A stretch of 63,613 nucleotides of DNA, filler included, from Vannella sp. (taxonomy: Eukaryota), in NCBI GenBank assembly GCA_023345925.1. It is 8 parts of 8 records of this genome, joined end to end, with 100 filler letters (N's around TTAATTAATTAA, not from the genome) between each part and the next. Parts side by side here need not be neighbours in the genome. Positions count along the whole stretch, not along the records: positions 23,575 to 32,541 come from JAJQQN010000399.1; positions 32,642 to 39,596 come from JAJQQN010000063.1; 6 more parts are not named here. One strand, given 5' to 3'. Shown here piece by piece: positions 23,678 to 37,324 of this stretch. Numbering within the stretch: the first letter of the stretch is position 1; every line of letters starts with the position of its first letter. The position numbers were made by a program, and so were the translations under genes. The notes under the pieces are model-generated. The model searched no databases, had not been told where the DNA came from, and was given only the letters and a program-made list of their open reading frames with translations.

Positions 23678-25369
23678 ATGCCGCAGAGAGCGAAGGGAGG
23701 AGGGTCGACATCTTCAGCTTCCACCAACCTGGCGAGGGGGAAGCCGAAGAACAATGTGGTTTTAGGGTTTAATCCGGATGAGCGAATGTAAGCACAGCAA
23801 AGGGATCGGGTCGATTGGCAGGGCGCTGAGTTCTCACGCCTATGGGGTAGTGACTTCATCACTGGCTTCCGTAAACGGAAGAATGAGCGACGGAAGGTCG
23901 CTGTGAAAGAGCAAGAAGCCAAGGCGAAAGAAGATCGTATCAATGAACGCCGTGAGGTACGCAAGGGAAGGAGAAACAAGGCTCCTCCTCATCCCGACAC
24001 CTTCTAGATCCGAGAAGAGCGACAACGGAAGCGTGAAGAGCGGGCAGAGGTCAAAGAGATGCTCCAAGGGAAGGTGAACGATAACCGCTTCTTCTTTGCG
24101 GGTGATGTCAAGCGGATCGACGAGGTTTTCGGAACTCTTGGTCCTGGCGTGGTTCGGGAGAGATCTTCATCTTCCTCCAATGCCGAGGGCGACCAGGCCC
24201 TGTCCAACCGAGTAGTAGACTATCAAGTTAACAACCAGCTTGTTAGTGTAACCACAGTGTCCCTTGATCTGGCGGACAAGAGCAAAAGGAATGATCGAGA
24301 TCGAATGCAACCGATTCGACCTCGCTACAGTGACGATGATGAGATAGAGGAGCTAGAGAAGAAGAGGAAAGAAGCTATGGCAACTCGTACTGTCTTGGAG
24401 GTGTCTTGCTGGGACCAGAAGAACGAAGTTTGGGGTCCATTCACCTTCCCGCCTTATCCTATGGCGATCTCCCTTGGCACTGAGGTTACGCTTCTGACAT
24501 TGAATGTCTGGTACTCGGACAAATGGCAAAGACCTCGTACGCACGCTCTTGTCAACCTCCTTCGCCAACACCGAGCCGATTTTGTCTGTTTGCAAGAGGT
24601 GGGCGACTTTGTACGGCAAGAGATACTCGCAGATGATTGGGTACGGAAGTTCTACTGCGCAGCCGATGCTTCTGGTGACGAGATCCTCGCTGATCGCGAC
24701 TTTGCTCCTTTTGTCTTGATCAATCGAGACATTGCGCTCGTAGCGCTCAAGGACGTGCGCTTAGTAGAGTTCTCCAAGTCCATTACACAGAGATGTGCTA
24801 TCGTCGTGTACTTGGCGGAGCTGGCGGTCATCAATGTCCATTTGGAGGGATTATCAAATGAACGGGTGCGACTCGATCAGCTGCGGCAGCTTCTTCCAGT
24901 TCTTGCGGAAGAGGACAATATCATGCTAGTAGGGGACTTTGGTGCTCTCCCAGGAGAGATCCAAAAGCATTCCAGCATCCTGCAGGAAGAGGATTTGGAG
25001 GATGTTTGGGAGGAACTTCAATCGCAAGCGATTCCGGCCGAGGAAGGGGCAGAAGAACCCACAGGATGGACTTATGATCAAGATAAGCTGAGTGATATGC
25101 TTCCTTCAAAGCAAAAGAAGAAGAAATCCAAGATTCAAGCCCGTTTGGACCGAATTCTTCTCAAATCCGCGGGGCAATCGTGGCGGGCAAGTGACCTTCA
25201 AGTATTGAGTTTTCAACCACTTCCTGAGTGCCGAGAACAGGTCTTCATCTCCTCTCATTCGGCTCTTCTGGCTCGATTTACCAGTCGAATCAGTTATTTG
25301 GTTCCCGGGAGCGATTCCGAACCCGACTCTGACGAAGAGCCTCCTTCCAAAAGGTCGCGCAAGAACTAG
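23678..25369 (+). CDS. NOL12/Rrp17 (Nop25) domain fused to a TDP2-like EEP domain
   Basis: Introns 23788-23850 and 23957-24007 join FNPDER|IDFITGFRKRKNERRK to ORF 24059 (YQVNNQLVSVTTVSLDL). EEP motifs follow: TLNVW, CLQEV, NVHLE, VGDFG, TYD, RLDRIL, SSH. Confidence 0.8.
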
Positions 25370-25844
25370 GATAAATCCTATTCTACTCCACTCTCTCGCA
25401 TCTTTTCCCGACCAAGAACCACTACCTTGTGTCTCGCTATCAACGCGCTCGTCCGGACAGCTGTCCTTCACAATGGGCTCACTTGGCCACTTCTCTTTCT
25501 CACTTCAGTAGAGTTCCTATCCCCTCTGTCGTCGAAAGAAGGTGGAGATCCTTTGGAGAGAGTTTTTGGATTCCGGATCTCTCTAATGATTGGGGTTCCA
25601 ACGTTTCTTGTCAATTTGGCCTCTTTTACACCAGCTGCGTTCTCCAACTGTCTCTGCTCAAGGCTAAAGACCCCCGAAAGAGTCTCGGTCCCTTTCATTC
25701 TTGAAAGGACATGACCAGTCAGACCTCACCGCAAGACAAGTGACGGAAGTGACTGCCATCGCATGAATTGAAGGCACCCTCAAGTTGTGAACCAGTTTAT
25801 TGATGTTCGGGTACTTTTGGGATCTGTCTCAAAGAAGTACTCGA

Positions 25845-28800
25845 TCAGAACACAAGTCTACAGCAAGATGCACCACTTGCATAGTAGTAAGAGGAGACGC
25901 CAGAGCAGTCGGAAGAATCATGACAGCCACTCTGGGATCTCTTCGGAATGCTACAAATCCAGGAGTCACTGCTGCAGGACAGGCTTGATCCACCTGATAT
26001 GGAACCCGATATTTCAGTTTGAATTGGAGGCGGTGTTTGGTATCCCGGCAGTACTGTCCATTGATAGCCTCCGGTTCTTGCAGAGTAAACCAAGGATTCG
26101 TAGTCCAGCCAAGCTGCTCCGTGGTATTGCTTGCAGCTGCTTCCAGGATCTATGTAGATTTGACTCAAGGAGGAACTTGCTTCTAATCTCATCTGCAAAG
26201 AGACTGGCAAGGGCTCTTGTTGAGGAGCGTTGGCAAAGTAGTCCGCAATAGCTTTCTCCAAGTTGGACTGAAGAGAAGCTGGGGCAAACTGGGATATGGG
26301 GGCCAAGTTCCTCGAGATTTGAGTGGGATCTGACTTGGTCGACGAGATCCATTCACTCCACTGGGAAGTAAGTGCCATGGCGGCATCTCCACCATAGAAG
26401 GTCACCCATTGGAAAGAATGCTTACTAAAGTCGACTGTAGTAGAGCCATAGGAGGAGCCCCACGCAGCCCCTGCCTCGAATCCTTTGAGTTGCGCGTCTA
26501 CGCTTGTTTGCATGGAGTGCTGATCATAATGAAGGAAGTAAGTTTGATCAATCAGCGAGTTCAATCGAGCCCTTCCTCCATACGAAGCTGAGGTTGTGAC
26601 GTGGGTTCCCCAAGAACGCAGGAAACGCAAGTACACGTTGACGTCGTACTCTAGAGGTAACGCGGCGAATGCACGTGTCAACGCATCCGAAACAACCTGC
26701 TTGGTGATGGAGATCGTATGGCTGATGTACTGTGCCTCACTGACTCCAAGAATACTGGAAGCTTTTTCAAAGGTGGTTCGAACATCCTGAGACTCCCTAC
26801 TCAGCTTGAGGAAGTGGAGTGGCAACTTGCTGGAGCCTGAGTCAGTTGCGTTGTTGGTATAGTTCGAGAAAGAAGTGTAGATTTGACTGAATCTTTGGGA
26901 TCGAGTGTCAGCATTGAGCTGGACCTGATCAGGTACTGCATAGGTGATACCAGAAAGTGTGTCCTGCCATGTTTTGCGGTTGTTGTACGTGAACTGAAGG
27001 GCGGGAATTCTTTGTTCTCCAGTAAGTGCGTCGAACCCGTTGCCGGTGGTAGGAATACCAGGTAAACAGGGATAGAAGCCGCAAGAGTTGTCACTTTGAA
27101 TGAATTTCATATGACGGAGCTTGCTAGGAGTCGCCATTAACTCGGAGGCCGCATAAGAAGATCCCGCGGGACTGATTCCGAATGGATAAGACATCCAATT
27201 AATCACGCCTGCGTTACTGTAATACAAATGAGGAGTGAAAGTACTTGATGCTACTGTCCACATTCCATTGTAGCATTCGCCATCGTCATCATCATAGAAG
27301 GCAGAGATTCCATCCAGTCCATATCCTCCGCTAACCTTTGACAAGCGGGTTAGGTGTTGTGGAGCAGTGTAGGCAGCAGATTGGGCAGCTGACATGATAT
27401 CAGCAATTCGTCCAGAGACTGCTTCTCCAACACGTGTTGAAACCAAGTTGATGTAAGTCACAATATTCGCTAACTGGTAGTTGATTCGGGAAGGCCTGGC
27501 ACCGATACTGTGAATCCACTTGCTATACCAATCTTGAGACCCAATCACAATGGTGTCATCACCACCAATGCGCATCTTGTCCAACTTGTAGTCAGTCACT
27601 TGGTTTCTGTTGACCCCACTAAAGGGACTGACGGTCAGGCCAGGCGTCTTCATAGATACGAAAAACACCTTCACACTTGCACTGAGAGTAGTACTGGAAT
27701 GTTGAGATGACTGAGAAGAACTAATAACACCTGAAAGAGTCAAAAGACCTCCAAGGTCGAGTCCCACTTGAACATGGGTTCCATATTTGCCGAGGAAGTG
27801 GTCAAGAATCTCGTCTGTGATGTCAGATGTTTCAGCGATTGTCTGGACGTCGAGAACAAACTGAGGGTCGAGTTCTTCGGTAGGCATCAATCGAACAGAG
27901 TAGACTGGCACATGTTCCTCCGCAATGGCAAAGGTTCCATACGTCTTCTTCATCTCTTCATTAGCGTGGGAGATAGCAGGGCTAATAGAGATTGGAATGT
28001 GATGGAAGGTGGCGCCTCCAGTCAGTCCTAGATTCTTAGAAGAGTCTTGGAGGTAGTCAGACATCGACTGATAAACGAAGCTTTTGACGCCGAACTGCTG
28101 TCCTCGGAGTACAAACACCTCATTTGGTACTCTGTAAGCTCCATGGTCGGTCTGCAGAGAGGCGTTGTTACTGAAAGAGAAGGAGCCCAAGACCTTGTAA
28201 GGAAGAGGCCGTCCAATGTAGGGGGTGTGATCGTTTGGTCCAGTCCCACTTTGAAGAAGGGTGTATCCTTCACCAAGATGGCTCGCTCCAGGAAGCAGAT
28301 TCAAAGGAAGAGGGCTGGGGGAGGGGGAAGGAGGACTCTGGAAGGAAGGCGAAGCAGAAGTAGAGCTGACGTTCTGGGAAGGCCGTACACTTGCAGTAGC
28401 CACTGAACTTCGTCCACAGGCTCTCGCAGATCTCATTCTATCCTCTCACTGTTAGACGAACCACAGAGGATCAGGAAGGGAGCCCATACGAGATGTAAGT
28501 GCCGCAATCGGGTTCATTCACCACGTGAAAGACGTCTCCAATAGGCTCATGATGGTCACATTGCACATCGATAACGGTATATGCAAAGCCTAGGCCAGTG
28601 GCGGTCTCGCATTTGGTGACATTTTGCGTGTAGAGCACTCTCACACCGTCTTTGTTGAATGGAAGGGAAGAGAACTCCATCGTCTTCAAGTCACCCAGCC
28701 CTTTGTTGCTGGCCACCAACGGGCCTTGGGACACGCAGACTGAGATGTCTTCAACAGAATGCGCGGTGCAAAGATGGTTGGTCTTGGCACAGAAGTTGAA

Positions 28801-29022
28801 GAAAACAGGGTCGCGGTATCCTGGCAGATAAGCCACCCAGTCGTTCCTACGAAGGTTCCATGAGAATGACGTCAAACTGGGTCGAGAACAGCCTTACCCT
28901 CCTCCCAAAGTCATACCAGAGAGATCATAACTCAATCCATTCGATGAGACAAACACCGGACAAATACCTCCAAACGAGAGCCCCAAACAGCAGAGGAAGC
29001 AAAGCAGCAAGCCGTTCGCCAT
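25845..29022 (-). CDS. Secreted MRH + tandem MACPF (perforin-like) protein, 1024 aa
   Basis: Exons 29022-28898, 28846-28490 and 28437-25845 are in frame. Signal peptide, MRH (YDLS..FNFC..C..DGVRVLY..C..TVIDVQC..EPDCGTYISMRSARAC), and two MACPF signatures YGTHVQVGLDLGG and WGTHVTTSASYGG. Confidence 0.85.
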
Positions 29023-29226
29023 CGCAGAGAAAGTAAAAATGAACCACAGGTTCGTACTTCGCTCTTTTGTTCCAAAAGATCTTTCATTCCCCGATCCAGC
29101 CAATCAAAAGTTACCTCCCTGGCCCCCTATTGGTCCAAAATCCCTCAGGGGAAGCGTGATTATGATGTGATTTATTTCAAGAATTTAATAACTCTAGTTG
29201 ATTGGTTCCTTTTCGACTGCTGGCGA

Positions 29227-31668
<2,442 letters not shown>

Positions 31669-31721
31669 TCATTTTCATTAAAATAATATTCAATTGAATC
31701 ACTCTATGTCTTTTTCATTTA

Positions 31722-31740
31722 CCAGCTGAGCTATTTCGGC
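31722..31740 (-). repeat. Exact 19-nt duplicate of the tRNA-Phe 5' end
   Basis: ccagctgagctatttcggc is identical to 31641-31659. Confidence 0.85.
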
Positions 31741-31926
31741 GGGTCGGGTGTTTTTCCCCTCACTAAATTTTTGATAATAAAGATTTTAAAAAACTCACCT
31801 TTGTGACAAACAGCAACCACGAAACGAAAGAGACAAACAGGGATTCAGCAGCATGCGTTTTATCTTCATTTTGTATTGGTGCCAGTCGACTTTAGTAGCA
31901 CTCTCAATGGAGGACATTGGACGTTG

Positions 31927-32071
31927 TTGAGAAAATCCAAGAGCGAAGGGGAAGAGGGTTCCAAAACTCTTGTTTGCGTAGAGTGTCCTGATGACCTCCT
32001 TCTTTTCAGGATAAGCTTTTGGTCTGATTTCATTTTTTCACTTTTGGGAGCTCAGAGGGGAAATGCCCTCG
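31927..32071 (+). repeat. Dispersed repeat family A (~140-160 bp). Other copies at 36160-36296 and in tandem at 39706-39771 + 39791-39894.
   Basis: Shared TTGAGAAAATC..GAAG..GATGACCTCC..CAGGATAAGCTTTTGGxCTGATTT..GAAATGCC. Confidence 0.85.
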
Positions 32072-32456
32072 CTGCTGTGCTCTGCATCCGCCTTTTCTTC
32101 TATGCCGATGATCTTTTGACTTTTGGATACTTCAAATCCTTACACAAACACCGTCATTCGAAGGAAACCTCTTTCACTTCGCTCGTGGAATTCTCCCATA
32201 TTTCTGCTACCAACACAAGAGGAACACGAAAATCACAACAGGAAGACGCAATGAATGCAAGAAACAACATGAGAGAATTCACCACCCCACTCAACGAGAG
32301 AAGTCACGAGCGAGACAAAAAGCGAAAAAATGAAATCGCAAACGATCTGTGCCCCTCTTCACTGATCCATCCAATCCAGCATTGCTGACTTCACCAGCAC
32401 ATCTCAGATATTCTTCGTCCGCTGGCCTCGGTTGAATGAAAAGCCGCAAACCGGAA

Positions 32457-32541
32457 CAGGGATGGTTATGGCTAAGTTTTTAAAAGCCGTAAGGATTCCG
32501 GGGTGGCAGTATCTTCGTGTGGCTAAGCAATAACCATCCCT
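32457..32541. mobile_element. Small MITE-like inverted-repeat element at a contig end
   Basis: AGGGATGGTTATGGCTAAG (32458-32476) matches the reverse complement of 32523-32541 at 17/19 positions. Confidence 0.45.
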
Positions 32542-32818
32542 NNNNNNNNNNNNNNNNNNNNNNNNNNNNNNNNNNNNNNNNNNNNTTAATTAATTAANNN
32601 NNNNNNNNNNNNNNNNNNNNNNNNNNNNNNNNNNNNNNNNNGGGGACGTGGTTGATCTGGGCCGTGAACTTTCTTAGAGCTGGGAAGAACTCCTCCTCGA
32701 TGATCTTGGGTTAAAATGAGGAAGGTTGAATAAGTAAAATTTAATTAAGTTAAAGATGGGTTCCTTGAAGAAGTGCTGGACCTATCCCCTGACTATTCTT
32801 GGTCATTTCTGTTTCGGC

Positions 32819-35800
32819 ATGGGTCTTCTGTTGCTTCTGTTTGCAATCTCTCTATCAGCTGGGTGTAGTAATGGATCTCCCATCTGCGAGGAGACGTGCA
32901 AACCAACGAATGAGTACTGGAGAGGCTTGTATCAAGGCTCCGATCGCACGTTGAGGGCATCGTCACCCCTTGGTAGTCTCCCTCACGTTGGGGATGTCGT
33001 ATTGATCATTCAGATACAAGGAGGACTCATTAACAACACAAATGACTCCAACTACGGATCATCCAGCAACACTGGGAACGGGTTCACCGACGTTGGTAAT
33101 GCGGGTCGCTACGAGTTTGCCTCTGTGACAAATGCAACGATTTCGAGTGGTATAATCAACATCACAGTTGAAGAGACACTACAATACACCTACTCAAGCG
33201 AAAGTAACGGTCGATTTCAAGTGGTTCGCGTCCCCCTCTGCCGAAATGCGACCATCAACGAACCCTCCGTTCCTCCCTGGGATGGCTCGATCGGTGGTGT
33301 CTTTGCTGTGATAGCTGAAAGGGTGTTTCTTGGGAACATCTCCCTGCAAGGAAAAGGCTTCCGTGGAGGACCAGACTTCAAAGTGACAACGGATTTCGGC
33401 AGCAACCCATTTCCCAACTATCGAGATAATTCGACTACTGTAGGATTCATGCAAGACACGCCGTTTAACGGACCCAAAGGCGAAGGCTTTGTGGGGTATC
33501 CGAGGTTTCCTCTCCCAAGCTCGTCTCTGTCTGACACCACTTATCCGGAAGGCTTCGACTGTGGAAGAGGCGCTCCTGGTAATGCTGGAGGAGGTGGGTC
33601 TTTCTCTGATGCTGGAGGTGGAGGTGGGGCAAACGGTGGACGAGGTGGAGATGGAAGGTATCCATTGTTTGTCGGAGCTTACGATCCCGGTTTGGGAGGA
33701 GCGCCAGCTCCTTCCAATGGAAGTGATCGTCTCTTCCTTGGTAAGCCAATGAGATCATTTGTTGAGGCCAGATCTGACGTCAAATAGGGGGTGGTGGCGG
33801 AGGAGTCTCGCACAATAACCCTCATGTGAGTGATCCAATCGACTCAGGTACCGGGCGACCAGGAGGAGGTTTACTCTTCATTCATGCCTTACATTCCATC
33901 TCCCCTTTATCTGTAACTCCTGATATCAATCTTCGAGGTTTATCAGGATTGGACCTTGGAGTCAACTACAACGACGGAGGTGTTGGAGGTAAGGACAGAA
34001 AATTCTGGTAATGATTCTTTCCTTGCTGATGATATTCTTAGGAGGAGCTGGGGGCACAGCCTTGATCGCTTGCAACAACGTTTCAGGACTGAATTTAGAC
34101 CAATTCAAGTGGAATCTTGCTGGAGGAAATGGCGCCAATCCCAAATTCGATCATGGAGGAGGAGGCGGTGGAGGAGGCGGGTTCTTCGCCAGTTCGTCCT
34201 TATCTCTTTCGGTAGGCCTGAATGTTTTACCAGGAGATACTGGAGGAAATGGCCAAAATTCACCATATGTAGCTCCAAAACCAGGAAGGATTGAGCTGGG
34301 CCTCTCCCCCATTGGCTTATCTTCCAATCGCTTTTTGGGGTTCTGCTCCTCATTTTCCCCGTCGCCCACTCAGTCACTTAGTATCTCTGAAAGTCCCAGC
34401 TTGACAACCAGTGCTTCCTCATCAAGCCTGCCAACCCGTTCGGCTTCAATAACAGAGTCTCCTTCAAAAACAGCATCTGTGTCGGAAAGTGTTTCTCCAT
34501 CAGTAACAATGTCTCAATCCTTCTCCGCAACCAGAAGTTCATCCCCATCTGGCACGCCATCTACGACCCCCTCCCCAAGTTCTTCCGCCTCAATAACGGT
34601 CTCTAATTCAGAAACAGAGTCTTCTTTGGAAAGTTTTTCTCCATCAGTAACAATGTCGCAATCCTTCTCTGCAACCAAAAGTCCATCCCCATCTGGCACG
34701 CCATCTGCAACTTCCTCCAGTTCTCCCTCCCCAAGTTCTTCCGCCTCAATAACGGTCTCTAATTCAGAAACTGAATCTTCTTCAGAAAGTGTTTCTCCAT
34801 CAGTAACAATGTCGCAATCCTTCTCTCCAACCAAAAGTCCATCCTCAACCAGCACGCCATCTGCTACTTTCTCCAGTTCTCTCTCCACAAGTTCTTCCAC
34901 CTCAGAAATGGCCTCTCCTTCAGTAACAGAATCTTGTTCAGACAGCCACTCCTCGATGTCACAATTTCCCTCTGTTTCTTCTTCTCCAACTGAGACTCCA
35001 TCCCCAATGAGCACACAATCTCCGTCTATCCCCAATTCTTCCTCGAGGAGCTCTTCGGATTCAATAAGCCCCTCTCCTTCTCCCTCCCCAATAGGCTCAC
35101 TGGAAGCCACCATGGTATCACCTTCCGAAACTGTATCGTTCACCGTAACGTCTTCGTTGAAGAACTCAGAGACTCTTGAAAGCATCAGCACTTCTCTTTC
35201 TTTCTCCTCTCCGCTGTCTCCCACTATCTCTGAATCCCTGTTTCCATCAATCAGTCGATCATCCCCTTTTGAGCCATCTCTACTTGCATCCAATACCGCC
35301 TCTACTTCAATTAGTGATTCATCAGTACCCACACTCCCGTCTCCAACAGCTTCTGGGTCTCTGGCTCTCGGACTGACTGCTTCCGCTTCTGCTTCTCCTA
35401 CAACCAGTTCTGCCCTTCTTCCGAATTCTTCCCAGATCATCGAGGTGCTAGTAGACGAAGGCAACAAGGAGCTTGATGTTGTGATACTGTCCAATCCTTT
35501 GGGAGTAGGAGAAGAGACGGTGGGAAGTTTGGTGATACCTTCTGGATTAAGTAATCAAGCCAATACCACTCTGACAGTCATTTACTCCGCAAACACTCCC
35601 AACAATTCTCCCGAACAGGAACTTGGAAGCTTCATCCTCAACATTACTTTGGTGGATAGCCAGAACAACTCCATCACTCAGTTGGACGCACCCTTGATCA
35701 TTTGCTTGAATCTCACAACCACAAAGAAGAGTAGCTCAGCATGCCTGAGCTTCTATGACGAGCGAAAGGGAGAGTGGAAATGTGAGGACCAATGCCTGAA

Positions 35801-36068
35801 AAGAACAAAAGATGGCCTTTTGTGTGGAGAAAGCCTCCACCTCACTGACTTTGCGCTTCTTTTGGGAGCCAATGTGAAGGGCAATGCTAATCCGTGCGCC
35901 TCTAGTGGAAACAATATCAGCCCTATCTCTTGGATATCTTTGGGCCTGGTTTGTGGGGCGATAGTATTTGTCGCCTTTAGCATCCTTGTCATTGAAATTC
36001 GCATTCGACTTCAAACAAGAAGAGTCAACCAATCTCTTCAGCCCAAGTTGATGAAGGTGCTTGTGTGA
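32819..36068 (+). CDS. Single-pass surface protein: bacterial-type Gly-rich head + Ser/Thr stalk + GAIN-B/GPS + TM
   Basis: Signal peptide, then GDVVLIIQIQG..AGRYEF..FQVVRVP..WDGSIGGV..GKGFRGG..GRGAPGNAGGGG. Introns at 33740-33786 and 33988-34040. GPS CLSFYD..WKC..LCGESLHL|TDFALLL and one TM. Confidence 0.8.
34485..34930 (+). repeat. Coding tandem repeats in the Ser/Thr stalk
   Basis: GAAAGTxTTTCTCCATCAGTAACAATGTCxCAATCCTTCTC at 34485, 34629 and 34785 (144- and 156-nt spacing). Confidence 0.85.
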
Positions 36069-37324
36069 CCAATCGATCGCTTTCCAAAAGTTCGTTTTCC
36101 AATACTCATTCCTTAGTGGCCTTCTCTGCTTCAGAGTCCCATATCCCAACTCATTTTCTTTGAGAAAATCGAGTGAAGCGGAAGAGGGGCAGAACTCGTG
36201 CGTAGCTTGCCCTGGTGACCTCCATCTCTTCAGGATAAGCTTTTGGACTGATTTTTTTTTTCCACTTTTTGAAGACGACAAGGGGAAATGCCCTCGTGAC
36301 TTGTCTTTTCGTTGCTAACAAATGGAGTCCGTCACAAAGCCTCATTCTAAACTTTTCACAAATAATCCCTTTCTTATGATAATATTATTTAACTCTTCCT
36401 TCCAGAATGTCTTTGAGCTAAATGCTTGCAACATCAGGAATGCACCTTTGGAACTTGTCTTTTCCCAACCTGCGATGCTTTGGATCCACTCTACGGCAAA
36501 CTTATGATAGATACAGTCCACCAACGAGAGGATGGTAGCCAAAGAGACCACTTCCAGCCTCCCAAAAGGGAGGAGACGCGGAAAGAAGCTCTGAAAGCCA
36601 AGAACTTCCACTCATGGGGCCTTCCAAGAAGCAGTCCACTCTTCAAGATCTTCATTTGACAAGCGAATGCCTCTGAGAGTCATCAATCCCGCTTGGTGAG
36701 TCGAAAGGTGCTCGTGATGGAGTCCTTCCCATTCTCTCCAAAAGCAGGCCAAACCGACGCAATGGGAGTATCCAAACTAATTTAACCTCTATCAACAAGC
36801 TTTAGGATCGCTAGATTGCACATGGCTTTGGTGCAGGAGTACACATTGACCAACGAGTAAATAGTACTCAACCATAACAATAAACACCTCTTGCTCACTA
36901 AGATGTCGTGCGGTTGAGCTCTTTGATCATAAATCTCTCTTTTCTTCTCCTTCTTGAGAATCAGAGGACCGGAGAATCAGAGTTAAGTGCCTGAAGTGCT
37001 GGAAGGTGAAAACGTCCTTGAAGATCATCTTTGCAATCGAGCGTGATACGAGAAGTAACGTGCCTGATGATACCAAGAGAGAGAATGCGAAGATTTTCTT
37101 CTGGTCAATCAGGTGCCTTGGTCCCTGTTGCCACGGGCTCCAAAGGCACTCAGCTTTCCGCTCTACGACATCTTATCCTTAAAGACCTGAAAACGTTGAG
37201 CCGATCGAGATCAAGAAGGGGGTGCTTTCGATTGGTCCAAACTAACCAATCACAATATTGGCAATTCTGGGATGGGCTGGCAGCTTTGGTGCTTTATCGG
37301 ATCCGATTTCCCGCTCATTTCTTG

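Noticed and set aside
31876..32388. 170-aa ORF (and similar ORFs at 36061-36318 and 39641-39895)
   Set aside because: They overlap repeat families A/B with non-ATG starts. The shared peptide reflects the DNA repeat.
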